Positions 25,700 through 33,714 of a stretch of DNA of 38,877 bases are shown piece by piece. Source of the stretch: Candidatus Thorarchaeota archaeon (GTDB lineage Archaea > Asgardarchaeota > Thorarchaeia > Thorarchaeales > Thorarchaeaceae); assembly GCA_011364905.1 (NCBI GenBank), contig RDNZ01000026.1, positions 1 through 38,877 of the forward strand. Reading direction: 5' to 3'. The position numbers were made by a program, and so were the translations under genes. Numbering within the stretch: the first letter of the stretch is position 1; every line of letters begins with the position of its first letter. Below the pieces are notes generated by a model. It ran no database searches and had not been told where the DNA came from. It saw only the letters and a list, made by a program, of their open reading frames with translations.

Positions 25700-27608
25700 A
25701 AGCAATATCAAGGGGAGATTCAGAGGTTCTAATCGTACGATAAGTTCATTTCTGTCAAACAATAGAACAATAATAGCTGCTGTTGCGTTTTTGTATTTAC
25801 TCCCATTGGGGACAGCTGCAGCTACATCTCCCACTCGAACTCTACTTTCCTTGATGACTCAGATAATGATTTTTGGTCTTCTTGCAATGTCTTTTGATCT
25901 ACAACTAGGACGCTCAGCACTTCTCAACTTTGGACAGGTTGCACTTTTTGGTGTTGGAGCTTATACTATGGCATTCACTTTGAATTCTGACATTTTGCCG
26001 CCTCCCTTCAATCTTATTGCTGCGATTCCGTTTCCTCTTACGATAATTGTGGCAATGATGATTGGAGGTTTTCTTGGGCTTATAATGGGATTGACAACTA
26101 GTCGACTAAGAGGCACAGCCTTTGCATTTATTGCCTTGGCGATTGCAGAGTTCATTTACAATTTCTTCAATGAGAATCCTGCTATTTCTGGGGGAGAAAC
26201 AGGACTCCCTGTACCAATTCCTGGAATCATTAGAACTGGTCCTTTCTACCTGTTCTTTGTTGTAATTGCATTTGCTTTTCTTGCAGCCTTTATTGGAATG
26301 GTCATCCTATACTTGAAGAAACGAACAGAGAGAATAGGATTAATCCTTGTCACTCCAGTCATGGTAGTCCTTACGACTGTTCTATTTGTCTTTGGAACAA
26401 ACATCTTGGGGCCCTTAGTAGTAATCGTAGCTTTTCTTCTGCTGATTCTACTCTATTGGTTTGAACGAAGTGAATCCATCAGTGATCCCCTGCAATATTC
26501 TAAAACCCGAACAAATGGAAGTGAAGAGGAACGAGCAGATATTTTGACTGACTATATGCTACCATTCGCCATCGTAGTGTTGTTTCTATTAGGTGTGGGT
26601 CTTGCATTCGGAAGTAACATTGCCGGATTGTGGGCGTTATGGGCTGAGGGTGGTTCCATCTTTATACTTAAAATTCCAGTGCAATACTATTTGGTATTGA
26701 CATGTATCACAATAATCTACTATTTCACTAGGCGGCTATTATCTTCACCCTTCGGAAGAATGATAACTGCGGTTGCTCAGAATGAAGGACGCGCTGAAGC
26801 TCTGGGGTACAATAGCTATCATGCCAAAATAGTTGTGCTTTTTATAAGTGGTGCAATTGCGTCCCTTGCAGGGGGATTGTATGCACAGTACTTTGGAACC
26901 ATTGATCCAAACTCAGTGTTGGGAGTTGATTTGACTATAAACGCAATGCTGTATACTATCATCGGAGGACTCGGAACACTATTCGGACCAATACTTGGGG
27001 CAGGAGTCGTGGAGTACTCTACATTAAACCTAAACATAATCTTTCAAAGTATTGGTCTAAATCCAGGATTGTGGTTGCTTGGTTTAGGAGTCGTCTATGT
27101 GTTCATTGTCCTCTTCATGCCACATGGCATAGTAGGAACAATCGGAAAAAGGTCGGTCTCTATCAAGGACAAACTTCGTCGATTCAAATTAGGCAACCTT
27201 GAGTTTGGATTGAAGGATGCTGATTATTGGATTTTGGGGCTTCTAGGTACTATGGGATTTTTCCTTTTGTTGACAGAAGATGCTGGGTTCACCCTCATTA
27301 TTACTGGGATTTTTGCATTTCTTGATGCATTCGTTCTGTTCGTAGTTTATTATTTCGTATTGTCAACAAAAGATAGCAGAATCCTTCTTAGCATCACTGG
27401 GATTTTTGGAGTTCTCACTGTATTCGGTCTGCTCCAAATGTACAATTCGATATTGTTGTTAGGAGGAATCTGGATCCCTCTTCTTATCATTACTGTAATT
27501 TCTGGAGTTCTTACTGCATATAATCTGGTCCTAATCAATCGTTTCAGAAAGGAGATTAGGTCGTATTTAGCAGGCGGCATTAGAAGAATCTTCAGAAGGG
27601 GGAGGTGA
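25689..27608 (+). CDS. livM: Liv/HAAT-family ABC importer permease, enlarged (639 aa)
   Basis: IFGLLAMSFDL.LG....LNFGQ.A.FG.GAY, SGGETG, SPFGR...A..QNE.RAEALGY, IIGGLGTLFGP.LGA, FMP.GIVG; extra internal and C-terminal TM segments. Confidence 0.88.
   Translation: MDNESNIKGRFRGSNRTISSFLSNNRTIIAAVAFLYLLPLGTAAATSPTRTLLSLMTQIMIFGLLAMSFDLQLGRSALLNFGQVALFGVGAYTMAFTLNSDILPPPFNLIAAIPFPLTIIVAMMIGGFLGLIMGLTTSRLRGTAFAFIALAIAEFIYNFFNENPAISGGETGLPVPIPGIIRTGPFYLFFVVIAFAFLAAFIGMVILYLKKRTERIGLILVTPVMVVLTTVLFVFGTNILGPLVVIVAFLLLILLYWFERSESISDPLQYSKTRTNGSEEERADILTDYMLPFAIVVLFLLGVGLAFGSNIAGLWALWAEGGSIFILKIPVQYYLVLTCITIIYYFTRRLLSSPFGRMITAVAQNEGRAEALGYNSYHAKIVVLFISGAIASLAGGLYAQYFGTIDPNSVLGVDLTINAMLYTIIGGLGTLFGPILGAGVVEYSTLNLNIIFQSIGLNPGLWLLGLGVVYVFIVLFMPHGIVGTIGKRSVSIKDKLRRFKLGNLEFGLKDADYWILGLLGTMGFFLLLTEDAGFTLIITGIFAFLDAFVLFVVYYFVLSTKDSRILLSITGIFGVLTVFGLLQMYNSILLLGGIWIPLLIITVISGVLTAYNLVLINRFRKEIRSYLAGGIRRIFRRGR
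27294..27516 (+). repeat. Three imperfect repeats (93/96-nt period), each encoding a TM helix, in the livM tail
   Basis: Units start at 27294, 27387 and 27483 and encode LIITGIFAFL / LSITGIFGVL / LIITVISGVL, with matching DNA (e.g. ACTGGGATTTTTG, TGGAGTTCT.ACTG). Confidence 0.65.
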
Positions 27609-28444
27609 TTAGTATGCCATATGCGAAAATGGAAGACATCGAGATTTATTATGAGACCTACGGACGACCTAGTGCACCGCCCCTTGTGCTAATTGGGGGA
27701 TGGGCAAGCTATCGCTGGGTCTGGTTTCGACAAGTCCCGACATTCAAGGAGAAATATCGAGTTGTTGTCTTTGACAATCGAGGAGCAGGAAAGAGCTCCA
27801 AGCCAGATTATCCATACACAATAAAAATGATGGCTGCTGATACAATTGGTCTGATGGATACGTTGGAGATTGGTGATGCACACATTTTGGGAATTTCAAT
27901 GGGAGGACTGATAGCTCAGCAGATTGCTATATCCTATCCTGAAAGGGTTCGAAGTCTAATCCTTTCATCAACACACTTTGGTGGATCCAACCAAATACTA
28001 ATGGACGATAGAACAATGGCTTTGCTAATCGCATTACCAACGGAAACAATTTCGAAGGAGCAAGCCAGGGAGATGCGGTATCGAGCCACCTTCAGTCCGC
28101 AGTTCATTGAGAAAAACAGACCTATACTAAATCAGATAGATGAATGGGCGGAGAAGCTTCCCACGCCACTATACGCACAAGTGCATCAAAGCTCAGCAAC
28201 GGGTGAGTTTGATTCCGAAGCAGAGCTGAATAAAATAACTGCACCTACACTTATCCTCCATGGAGCCAATGACCGTGCCGTACCAACGAAGAATGGAGAG
28301 CTACTCGCTGAGCGAATTCCCAATGCAAGATTGAAGATCATAAAAGATGCCGCGCATTTTGTAATAATCGAAAAGTATGAAGAATTCAACAATGAGGTAA
28401 TGAACTTCATAGACAACGATGTAGAGGGACCACAGATTTCTTAG
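27605..28444 (+). CDS. Alpha/beta hydrolase A (enol-lactonase/esterase-like)
   Basis: FDNRGAGKS, nucleophile elbow GISMGG, Asp (GANDRAVP), His (AAHF). Likely ATG at 27614 after GGAGGTGA. Confidence 0.9.
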   Translation: MISMPYAKMEDIEIYYETYGRPSAPPLVLIGGWASYRWVWFRQVPTFKEKYRVVVFDNRGAGKSSKPDYPYTIKMMAADTIGLMDTLEIGDAHILGISMGGLIAQQIAISYPERVRSLILSSTHFGGSNQILMDDRTMALLIALPTETISKEQAREMRYRATFSPQFIEKNRPILNQIDEWAEKLPTPLYAQVHQSSATGEFDSEAELNKITAPTLILHGANDRAVPTKNGELLAERIPNARLKIIKDAAHFVIIEKYEEFNNEVMNFIDNDVEGPQIS

Positions 28445-28503
28445 TCAGATTGAAATGTAATTTGGCGAATAGAAGAAAGTCTCGCTCATGAGAAACTCAG
28501 AGG

Positions 28504-29523
28504 ATGTGGCAGATGGTTCGTTCAGCAAAAGTCACAGGTCTTGGAATTTACATTCCTGAAAAGATGTTGACAAACGAAGATATTGAGCGGATGCTCAACC
28601 GACCTGGCACTGCAGATTGGTTAGTTGCGAATGTAGGCGTCAAGGAACGCCACATCATGGCAGAAGACGAGGTGACATCAGATCTTGCCTTTCATGCAAG
28701 TACACAAGCACTGGAAAACGCAGACCTCAAAGCAGAAGACCTTGACCTTATTATTTTGAGCACGGATACGCCAGACTATCTTTCCCCAGCAACTTCCGTT
28801 GTAGTGCAGTATAAACTCGGAGCGAAGAACGCTGGTACATTTGATGTTAATTGTGCGTGTGCAGGCTTGGTCACTTCCTTGGATATAGCCTCACGATATA
28901 TTAGGACTGATTCAACGATTAATAATGTCTTAGTCATTGGTGCCTATGGTATGACTAAATTTGTGGATTGGACTGACCACTACACTTGCACACTGTTTGC
29001 GGATGCAGCAGGAGCTATGGTTCTGCAGACAAGTGATGAACAAGAGGGATTCATTGCATCGAAACTAATTGCTGATGGCTCGTTTCATGACCACTTGGGT
29101 GTGTATGTAGGAGGCACCGCTGAACCACCAACCATTGAAGCAATTCAGAATAACAGGCATCATCTGGCGTTTCGCAAACGCTTTCCAGCGGATACGAATC
29201 TTCAGCACTGGCCAGTTCTAACCAGGGAGTGCGTGGCAAAGGCAAATCTGACCATGAAGGACATAGATTGGATCTTCTTCACTCAGGTGAATCTACGTAC
29301 AATTGAAGCAGTGATGAAAGAACTGAATATGCCTATTGAGAAGACGCACAATGTAATGGACAAATGGGGATACACCGGATCAGCCTGCATTGCGTTGGCA
29401 ATGTATGACGCTGTGGACCAAGGCAAGCTTCCACCACCTGGCGAGGGGAGCGGCGAGAATATTGCACTGTGCTCATCGGGGGGAGGATACAATATGGCCG
29501 CTGCCGTTTTAAAATGGTGGTAG
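28504..29523 (+). CDS. FabH/KAS III-like thiolase-fold enzyme B (non-canonical active site)
   Basis: TGLGIYIPE..LTN, G..ERHI, STDTPDYLSPATS, FDVNCACAG (Cys), LFADAAGA, FFTQVN, WGYTGSA, SGGG. ATG at 28513 is an alternative start. Confidence 0.9.
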   Translation: MWQMVRSAKVTGLGIYIPEKMLTNEDIERMLNRPGTADWLVANVGVKERHIMAEDEVTSDLAFHASTQALENADLKAEDLDLIILSTDTPDYLSPATSVVVQYKLGAKNAGTFDVNCACAGLVTSLDIASRYIRTDSTINNVLVIGAYGMTKFVDWTDHYTCTLFADAAGAMVLQTSDEQEGFIASKLIADGSFHDHLGVYVGGTAEPPTIEAIQNNRHHLAFRKRFPADTNLQHWPVLTRECVAKANLTMKDIDWIFFTQVNLRTIEAVMKELNMPIEKTHNVMDKWGYTGSACIALAMYDAVDQGKLPPPGEGSGENIALCSSGGGYNMAAAVLKWW

Positions 29524-29577
29524 GGGATTTTTATCTTAGTTTTGCCTGATATAGCCTAAGGAGAAACAATAGAATTC

Positions 29578-31146
29578 TTGTCGAGGCGACATCAGATGGT
29601 CAATCAGTTTGATTATTTATCTAAGAGAAACGTTTACTCACCGGAAGCGGAGGCTCTAGTAGATGTGGAAACTGGGAAAAGGTATACTTATGGAGAGTTC
29701 AACAAACGAGCCAATAAAGTAGCGAATTTTCTTCAGCAGAAAGTTGGATTGGAGAAGGGGGATCGTTTGTGTGTTCTCGCTCAGAACAGCTTGGAGTTTT
29801 GGGAAGTATTTTTTGGGTGCCAGAAATGCGGAGGGATCTTTAGTCCTCTTAACTGGCGATTAGTAGCCCGAGAATTGGCTGGTTTAGTGAATGATTTAAC
29901 TCCGTCAGTACTATTCTATGATGCAGACTTAGCCAAAGTGGCATCTGATCTCAAGAAAGAAGGTGCTGTTGACCATTGGGTCTCCTTGAGTTCGGGAGGA
30001 ACAGAAATTGATGGCTCCTTTGTTTATGAGGAGGAGATGAAGAGCGTAGAATCTAGCTCACCGAAAGCAGTGAGTCTGGCTTACGAAGATCCGATGGGCA
30101 TTGTATTCACCGGAGGAACAACCGGTCTACCGAAAGGTGCAATGATTACCTATCGCCAAGTGGCATTCAACACACTTACCACCATCAGGGACATACTCCC
30201 TGGCGATGTGTACATCAATCATCTTCCCCTTTTTCATGTGGGCGGACTGTATGTTTATGCCATTCCACTTTTCATACTCGGAGGAAAAGTGATCCAAATG
30301 AAAAGATGGGATCTTGACACTTTGATACAAGTCATCAATAAAGAGAATCCAAACTTTTTCTTTGCCGTGCCTACACAATACAGAATGCTAATGAATCATC
30401 CAGATTTTGAGTCTATCAACTTCAGTAATGTTCGATTCCTAACATCGGGCGGCGAACCTTTGCCATTGGACATCATCAAGACATTCCGAGAAAAACATGG
30501 TGTCAAATTCAAACAAGGATTTGGCATGACCGAAGTTGGACCAGGGTGCTTTGCTCTTGATCCATGGGATGCTGAACGGAAAGTTGGTAGCATTGGCACT
30601 CCAAACTTCTTCATAGACGCAAAAGCGGTTGATCCAGAAACCGGAAAGGACTGCAAGGCAAATGAAGTTGGCGAACTTCTATTCAAAGGACCAACTGTGA
30701 CCATAGGTTACTGGAACCGACCAGAGATGAACAAGACGCTCTTGGATGATGAGGGTTGGTTTAGAACAGGAGATATGGTATACTTTGATGATGAGGGCTA
30801 TTACTATGTAGTTGACCGGGTGAAAGACATGTTCATCTCTGGCGGCGAGAATGTCTATCCAAGAGAGATTGAGAAGGTTCTGGAACAGCATCCAAAGATT
30901 GCAGAAGTACAAGTGATTGGTGTGCCCGATCCAAAATGGGGTGAGGTGGGACGCGCAGTCGTTGTGCTGAAACAGGGACAAGAAGCATCGGAGGAGGAAA
31001 TACTCAACTTCTGCACTGATAAGCTAGCAAAATTCAAGATTCCCAAGTCAGTGGTCTACGTTGATAGTTTTACTCCTTATATTTCAGGAGCAGGAAAGAT
31101 TCTGAAACGCAAACTAAGGGAAGACTTTGGAAAGGAGGAAAAATGA
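29578..31146 (+). CDS. Acyl-CoA synthetase / AMP-binding ligase B (paralog of ligase A)
   Basis: FTGGTTGLPKG, PLFHVGG, GFGMTE, WFRTGD, DRVKDMFISGGENVYP, GAGKI. Probable ATG at 29596. Confidence 0.93.
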   Translation: MSRRHQMVNQFDYLSKRNVYSPEAEALVDVETGKRYTYGEFNKRANKVANFLQQKVGLEKGDRLCVLAQNSLEFWEVFFGCQKCGGIFSPLNWRLVARELAGLVNDLTPSVLFYDADLAKVASDLKKEGAVDHWVSLSSGGTEIDGSFVYEEEMKSVESSSPKAVSLAYEDPMGIVFTGGTTGLPKGAMITYRQVAFNTLTTIRDILPGDVYINHLPLFHVGGLYVYAIPLFILGGKVIQMKRWDLDTLIQVINKENPNFFFAVPTQYRMLMNHPDFESINFSNVRFLTSGGEPLPLDIIKTFREKHGVKFKQGFGMTEVGPGCFALDPWDAERKVGSIGTPNFFIDAKAVDPETGKDCKANEVGELLFKGPTVTIGYWNRPEMNKTLLDDEGWFRTGDMVYFDDEGYYYVVDRVKDMFISGGENVYPREIEKVLEQHPKIAEVQVIGVPDPKWGEVGRAVVVLKQGQEASEEEILNFCTDKLAKFKIPKSVVYVDSFTPYISGAGKILKRKLREDFGKEEK

Positions 31147-31943
31147 CGATGCCACTTGTCAAAGTGAATGGAGTGAATCTCTATTATGAGGTCCATGGAG
31201 AAGGCGAACCGGTGATCTTTGGAAACGGAATTTTTTCAAACACATTAGGATGGGTCAACCAACTCCCAGTTTTCTCCAAGTACTATCAGGTGGTTCTGTA
31301 TGATATGCGCGGGCAAGGGCAGAGCGACAAACCAGATGGACCCTATTCTTTCGAAATGCATGCTGATGATCAGAAGGCACTACTCGATGAACTTGGCATA
31401 GACAAAGTGCATCATGTCGGAATAAGCTATGGCGGCGAACTAGGTCTTGTCTTTGCTCTGAAGTATCCTGATATGTTGAGAAGCCTTGTTGCCTGCAGTT
31501 CTGTGTCCTTTGTTGGCCCGTTGCTCTATAACATGTGTCAACTGTGGAGGTCAGCCTGTGTGCTTGAAGATCCAGAAGTTTTCTACTATGCCACAGTTCC
31601 GCTGAATTTTGGTGAGACCTTCATTCGAGACAGCACAGCTATTCTAGAGCAAGCCAAGAAACGCTACGTTGGGCTAGATTATCCAGCGCTCGTAAGGTTA
31701 CTTGATGCCTTTTTGATGATAAACATAACAGACCAATTATCAAAAATCGAAGCGCCCACTTGCATTATTGCAGGTGAAAAAGATATCCTGAAACCAGCTG
31801 ACCCATATTCGAGAGTGATTCACAATAATATACCAAACTCGGAGATGGTCATAGTTCGTGATTCCGGACATGCTATTACATTTGATAGACCTGATGAGTT
31901 CAACAGCATAGTTCTGGGATTCCTACGAAAGAAACAGCAGTGA
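31143..31943 (+). CDS. Alpha/beta hydrolase B (enol-lactonase/esterase-like)
   Basis: YDMRGQGQS, GISYGG, GEKDIL, SGHA. Confidence 0.9.
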   Translation: MTMPLVKVNGVNLYYEVHGEGEPVIFGNGIFSNTLGWVNQLPVFSKYYQVVLYDMRGQGQSDKPDGPYSFEMHADDQKALLDELGIDKVHHVGISYGGELGLVFALKYPDMLRSLVACSSVSFVGPLLYNMCQLWRSACVLEDPEVFYYATVPLNFGETFIRDSTAILEQAKKRYVGLDYPALVRLLDAFLMINITDQLSKIEAPTCIIAGEKDILKPADPYSRVIHNNIPNSEMVIVRDSGHAITFDRPDEFNSIVLGFLRKKQQ

Positions 31944-32068
31944 AAAGCAGCTCAGTTTAGGTTTCCTTAAGAGATATATAGCAGGATGCCTCCTTTTTAG
32001 GGTTAGACATAGAACAGTCTATGTTCTTACTTTAACAGGACACGGAATCTGTTATTGGAGGAGAGCAA

Positions 32069-33571
32069 ATGAAAAAAATGAAAATTATTTCTCTATCCAT
32101 TTCATTGCTAATGCTATTCTCCCTCTTCGCACCTGTTTTCATGGTTAAACAGGTTGATGCTCAAACCACTCCAATCAAGATTGGAATTTTTGCTCCTTTC
32201 ACCGGAGGTGGTCTGCAGCTATACGCACCTTGGACAAAACAGGGATTCGAGTTGGGAATGATATATGCAACGACAATGATGGGATATGATAATGAGAATA
32301 TGACCCAAGCCGGTCGACCCTATGAGCTTCACTACTATGACACCCAGAGTTCAACAACCGTTGCCTCAAACTTAGCTACACAAGCTTTCGAAACGGATGG
32401 TATCGACATTCTTGTCGGAGGAACTTCTAGTGCAGTTGCCTCAGTACTGTCAGCAAAAGCTGAAGAATATCAGAAACTGTATTTCATATCTCCAGCTGCT
32501 TCTTCGTCACTGACTGCTGAAGAATTCAATCCATATGTTTTCAGGATTGCTAGAAACAACTGGCAGGATGCTTATGCAGGCGTTAATTACGCAATGGACA
32601 CGCTTGGCTACACCAAGTTTGCGTTTCTTGCCGCTGATTATTCCTTTGGAAGATTCGGTGTAGACGCTATGACGCAAGCAATACAGGACAAGGGAGGAAC
32701 AGTGGTCACTGCACTGTATGCGTCTCTTGCTGAAACTGATTTCCAGCCAACGATTGATGCGCTCATAGCTGCCGATGGTGTAAACGATATTGAGTATTTG
32801 TTTGTAGTATGGGCGGGTAACTTCGTCTATCTATACAATGATTTATTCACATACAACCTTGCATCGTACATGGAGCTTGCTGGGGCGTGCATTGATATCT
32901 TTTCAATGAATGCCATTGAAGCAGGTCTAACACCTCCGGCTACCTACATCGGTTCCACTGGACTCTGTCTATATGGCTATGAGCTGCCAAACAATACAGT
33001 CAATGATTGGATGGTGGCTGAACATGTCGCCAGACACATCAAGCCAAATGGACAATATGGACTCCAATATGAAGTTCCGGAGCTATTTACTGCAAGCGGG
33101 TTTGCCACAGCCCAGTTTCTGGTGGATGCGACGAATGAAGTCGCCGATCTTAACACTAACGCGATGATCAACTATCTTGAAAGTGGAATCACAATAGACT
33201 GTCCGAAGGGACCCACATACTTGAGACCTGATGATCATCAGGGGCTTGCAGAGATGTATATCGCAACAGCTGCGAATGATACTGATCCGGCATCTGAGAC
33301 ATACAATCTCATTATTGCTAAACTGAATCAAACTTTGGATCGTAACACAGTTGCACCTCCAATTGAGTCTGTCTGGAATGGTGAGCCATATGTTCCAGGT
33401 GGATTCGCACCACCGCCAACGACGACAACCTCACCTACAACTACAAGCACAGGTACGGGTACTGGGACCCAACCCACCGGAGGTTTCGATATGCTCACGG
33501 TCGGTGTGATTGCGATTGTTACACTGTTTGTGGGCTTTATCATAGCAGCAGTGATTTTCCGGAAAAAGTAG
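32069..33571 (+). CDS. livK: Liv-type ABC substrate-binding protein with Thr-rich linker and C-terminal TM anchor
   Basis: Signal peptide, IKIG...P.TG, DILVGGTSS.VA, FNPYVFR, ADYSFG, TDFQP, PKG....R..DHQ; PPPTTTTSPTTTSTGTGTGT linker followed by a TM helix and RKK. Confidence 0.88.
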   Translation: MKKMKIISLSISLLMLFSLFAPVFMVKQVDAQTTPIKIGIFAPFTGGGLQLYAPWTKQGFELGMIYATTMMGYDNENMTQAGRPYELHYYDTQSSTTVASNLATQAFETDGIDILVGGTSSAVASVLSAKAEEYQKLYFISPAASSSLTAEEFNPYVFRIARNNWQDAYAGVNYAMDTLGYTKFAFLAADYSFGRFGVDAMTQAIQDKGGTVVTALYASLAETDFQPTIDALIAADGVNDIEYLFVVWAGNFVYLYNDLFTYNLASYMELAGACIDIFSMNAIEAGLTPPATYIGSTGLCLYGYELPNNTVNDWMVAEHVARHIKPNGQYGLQYEVPELFTASGFATAQFLVDATNEVADLNTNAMINYLESGITIDCPKGPTYLRPDDHQGLAEMYIATAANDTDPASETYNLIIAKLNQTLDRNTVAPPIESVWNGEPYVPGGFAPPPTTTTSPTTTSTGTGTGTQPTGGFDMLTVGVIAIVTLFVGFIIAAVIFRKK

Positions 33572-33579
33572 AACTCTAG

Positions 33580-33614
33580 AGTAAGGGGCTAACCCTTACT
33601 TTCTTCTTTTTTTT
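33580..33614 (+). terminator. Hairpin plus poly-T terminator closing the liv/acyl-CoA operon
   Basis: AGTAAGGG-gctaa-CCCTTACT followed by TTCTTCTTTTTTTT. Confidence 0.7.
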
Positions 33615-33714
33615 CATTTGAAAGATATAGTAGGTTCCAGGTTGTCCTAGCTAAGCGACAAAGAAACATAAGCAGTTAATTCAAGTTTGGAGCACCTCGC
33701 CAGGAGGGAATATC

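Noticed and set aside
19910-31943. Calling the cluster FAS II, menaquinone (menE/menH) or PHA synthesis
   Set aside because: No ACP/FabD/FabG, other men genes or PhaC/PhaE are in the window, and the FabH-like active sites are non-canonical. Gene symbols were therefore withheld.
6763-33571. Pyrrolysine/selenocysteine read-through at TAG/TGA gene ends
   Set aside because: For the genes checked, the stops fall at natural C-termini of complete domains and no homologous sequence was seen continuing in frame.
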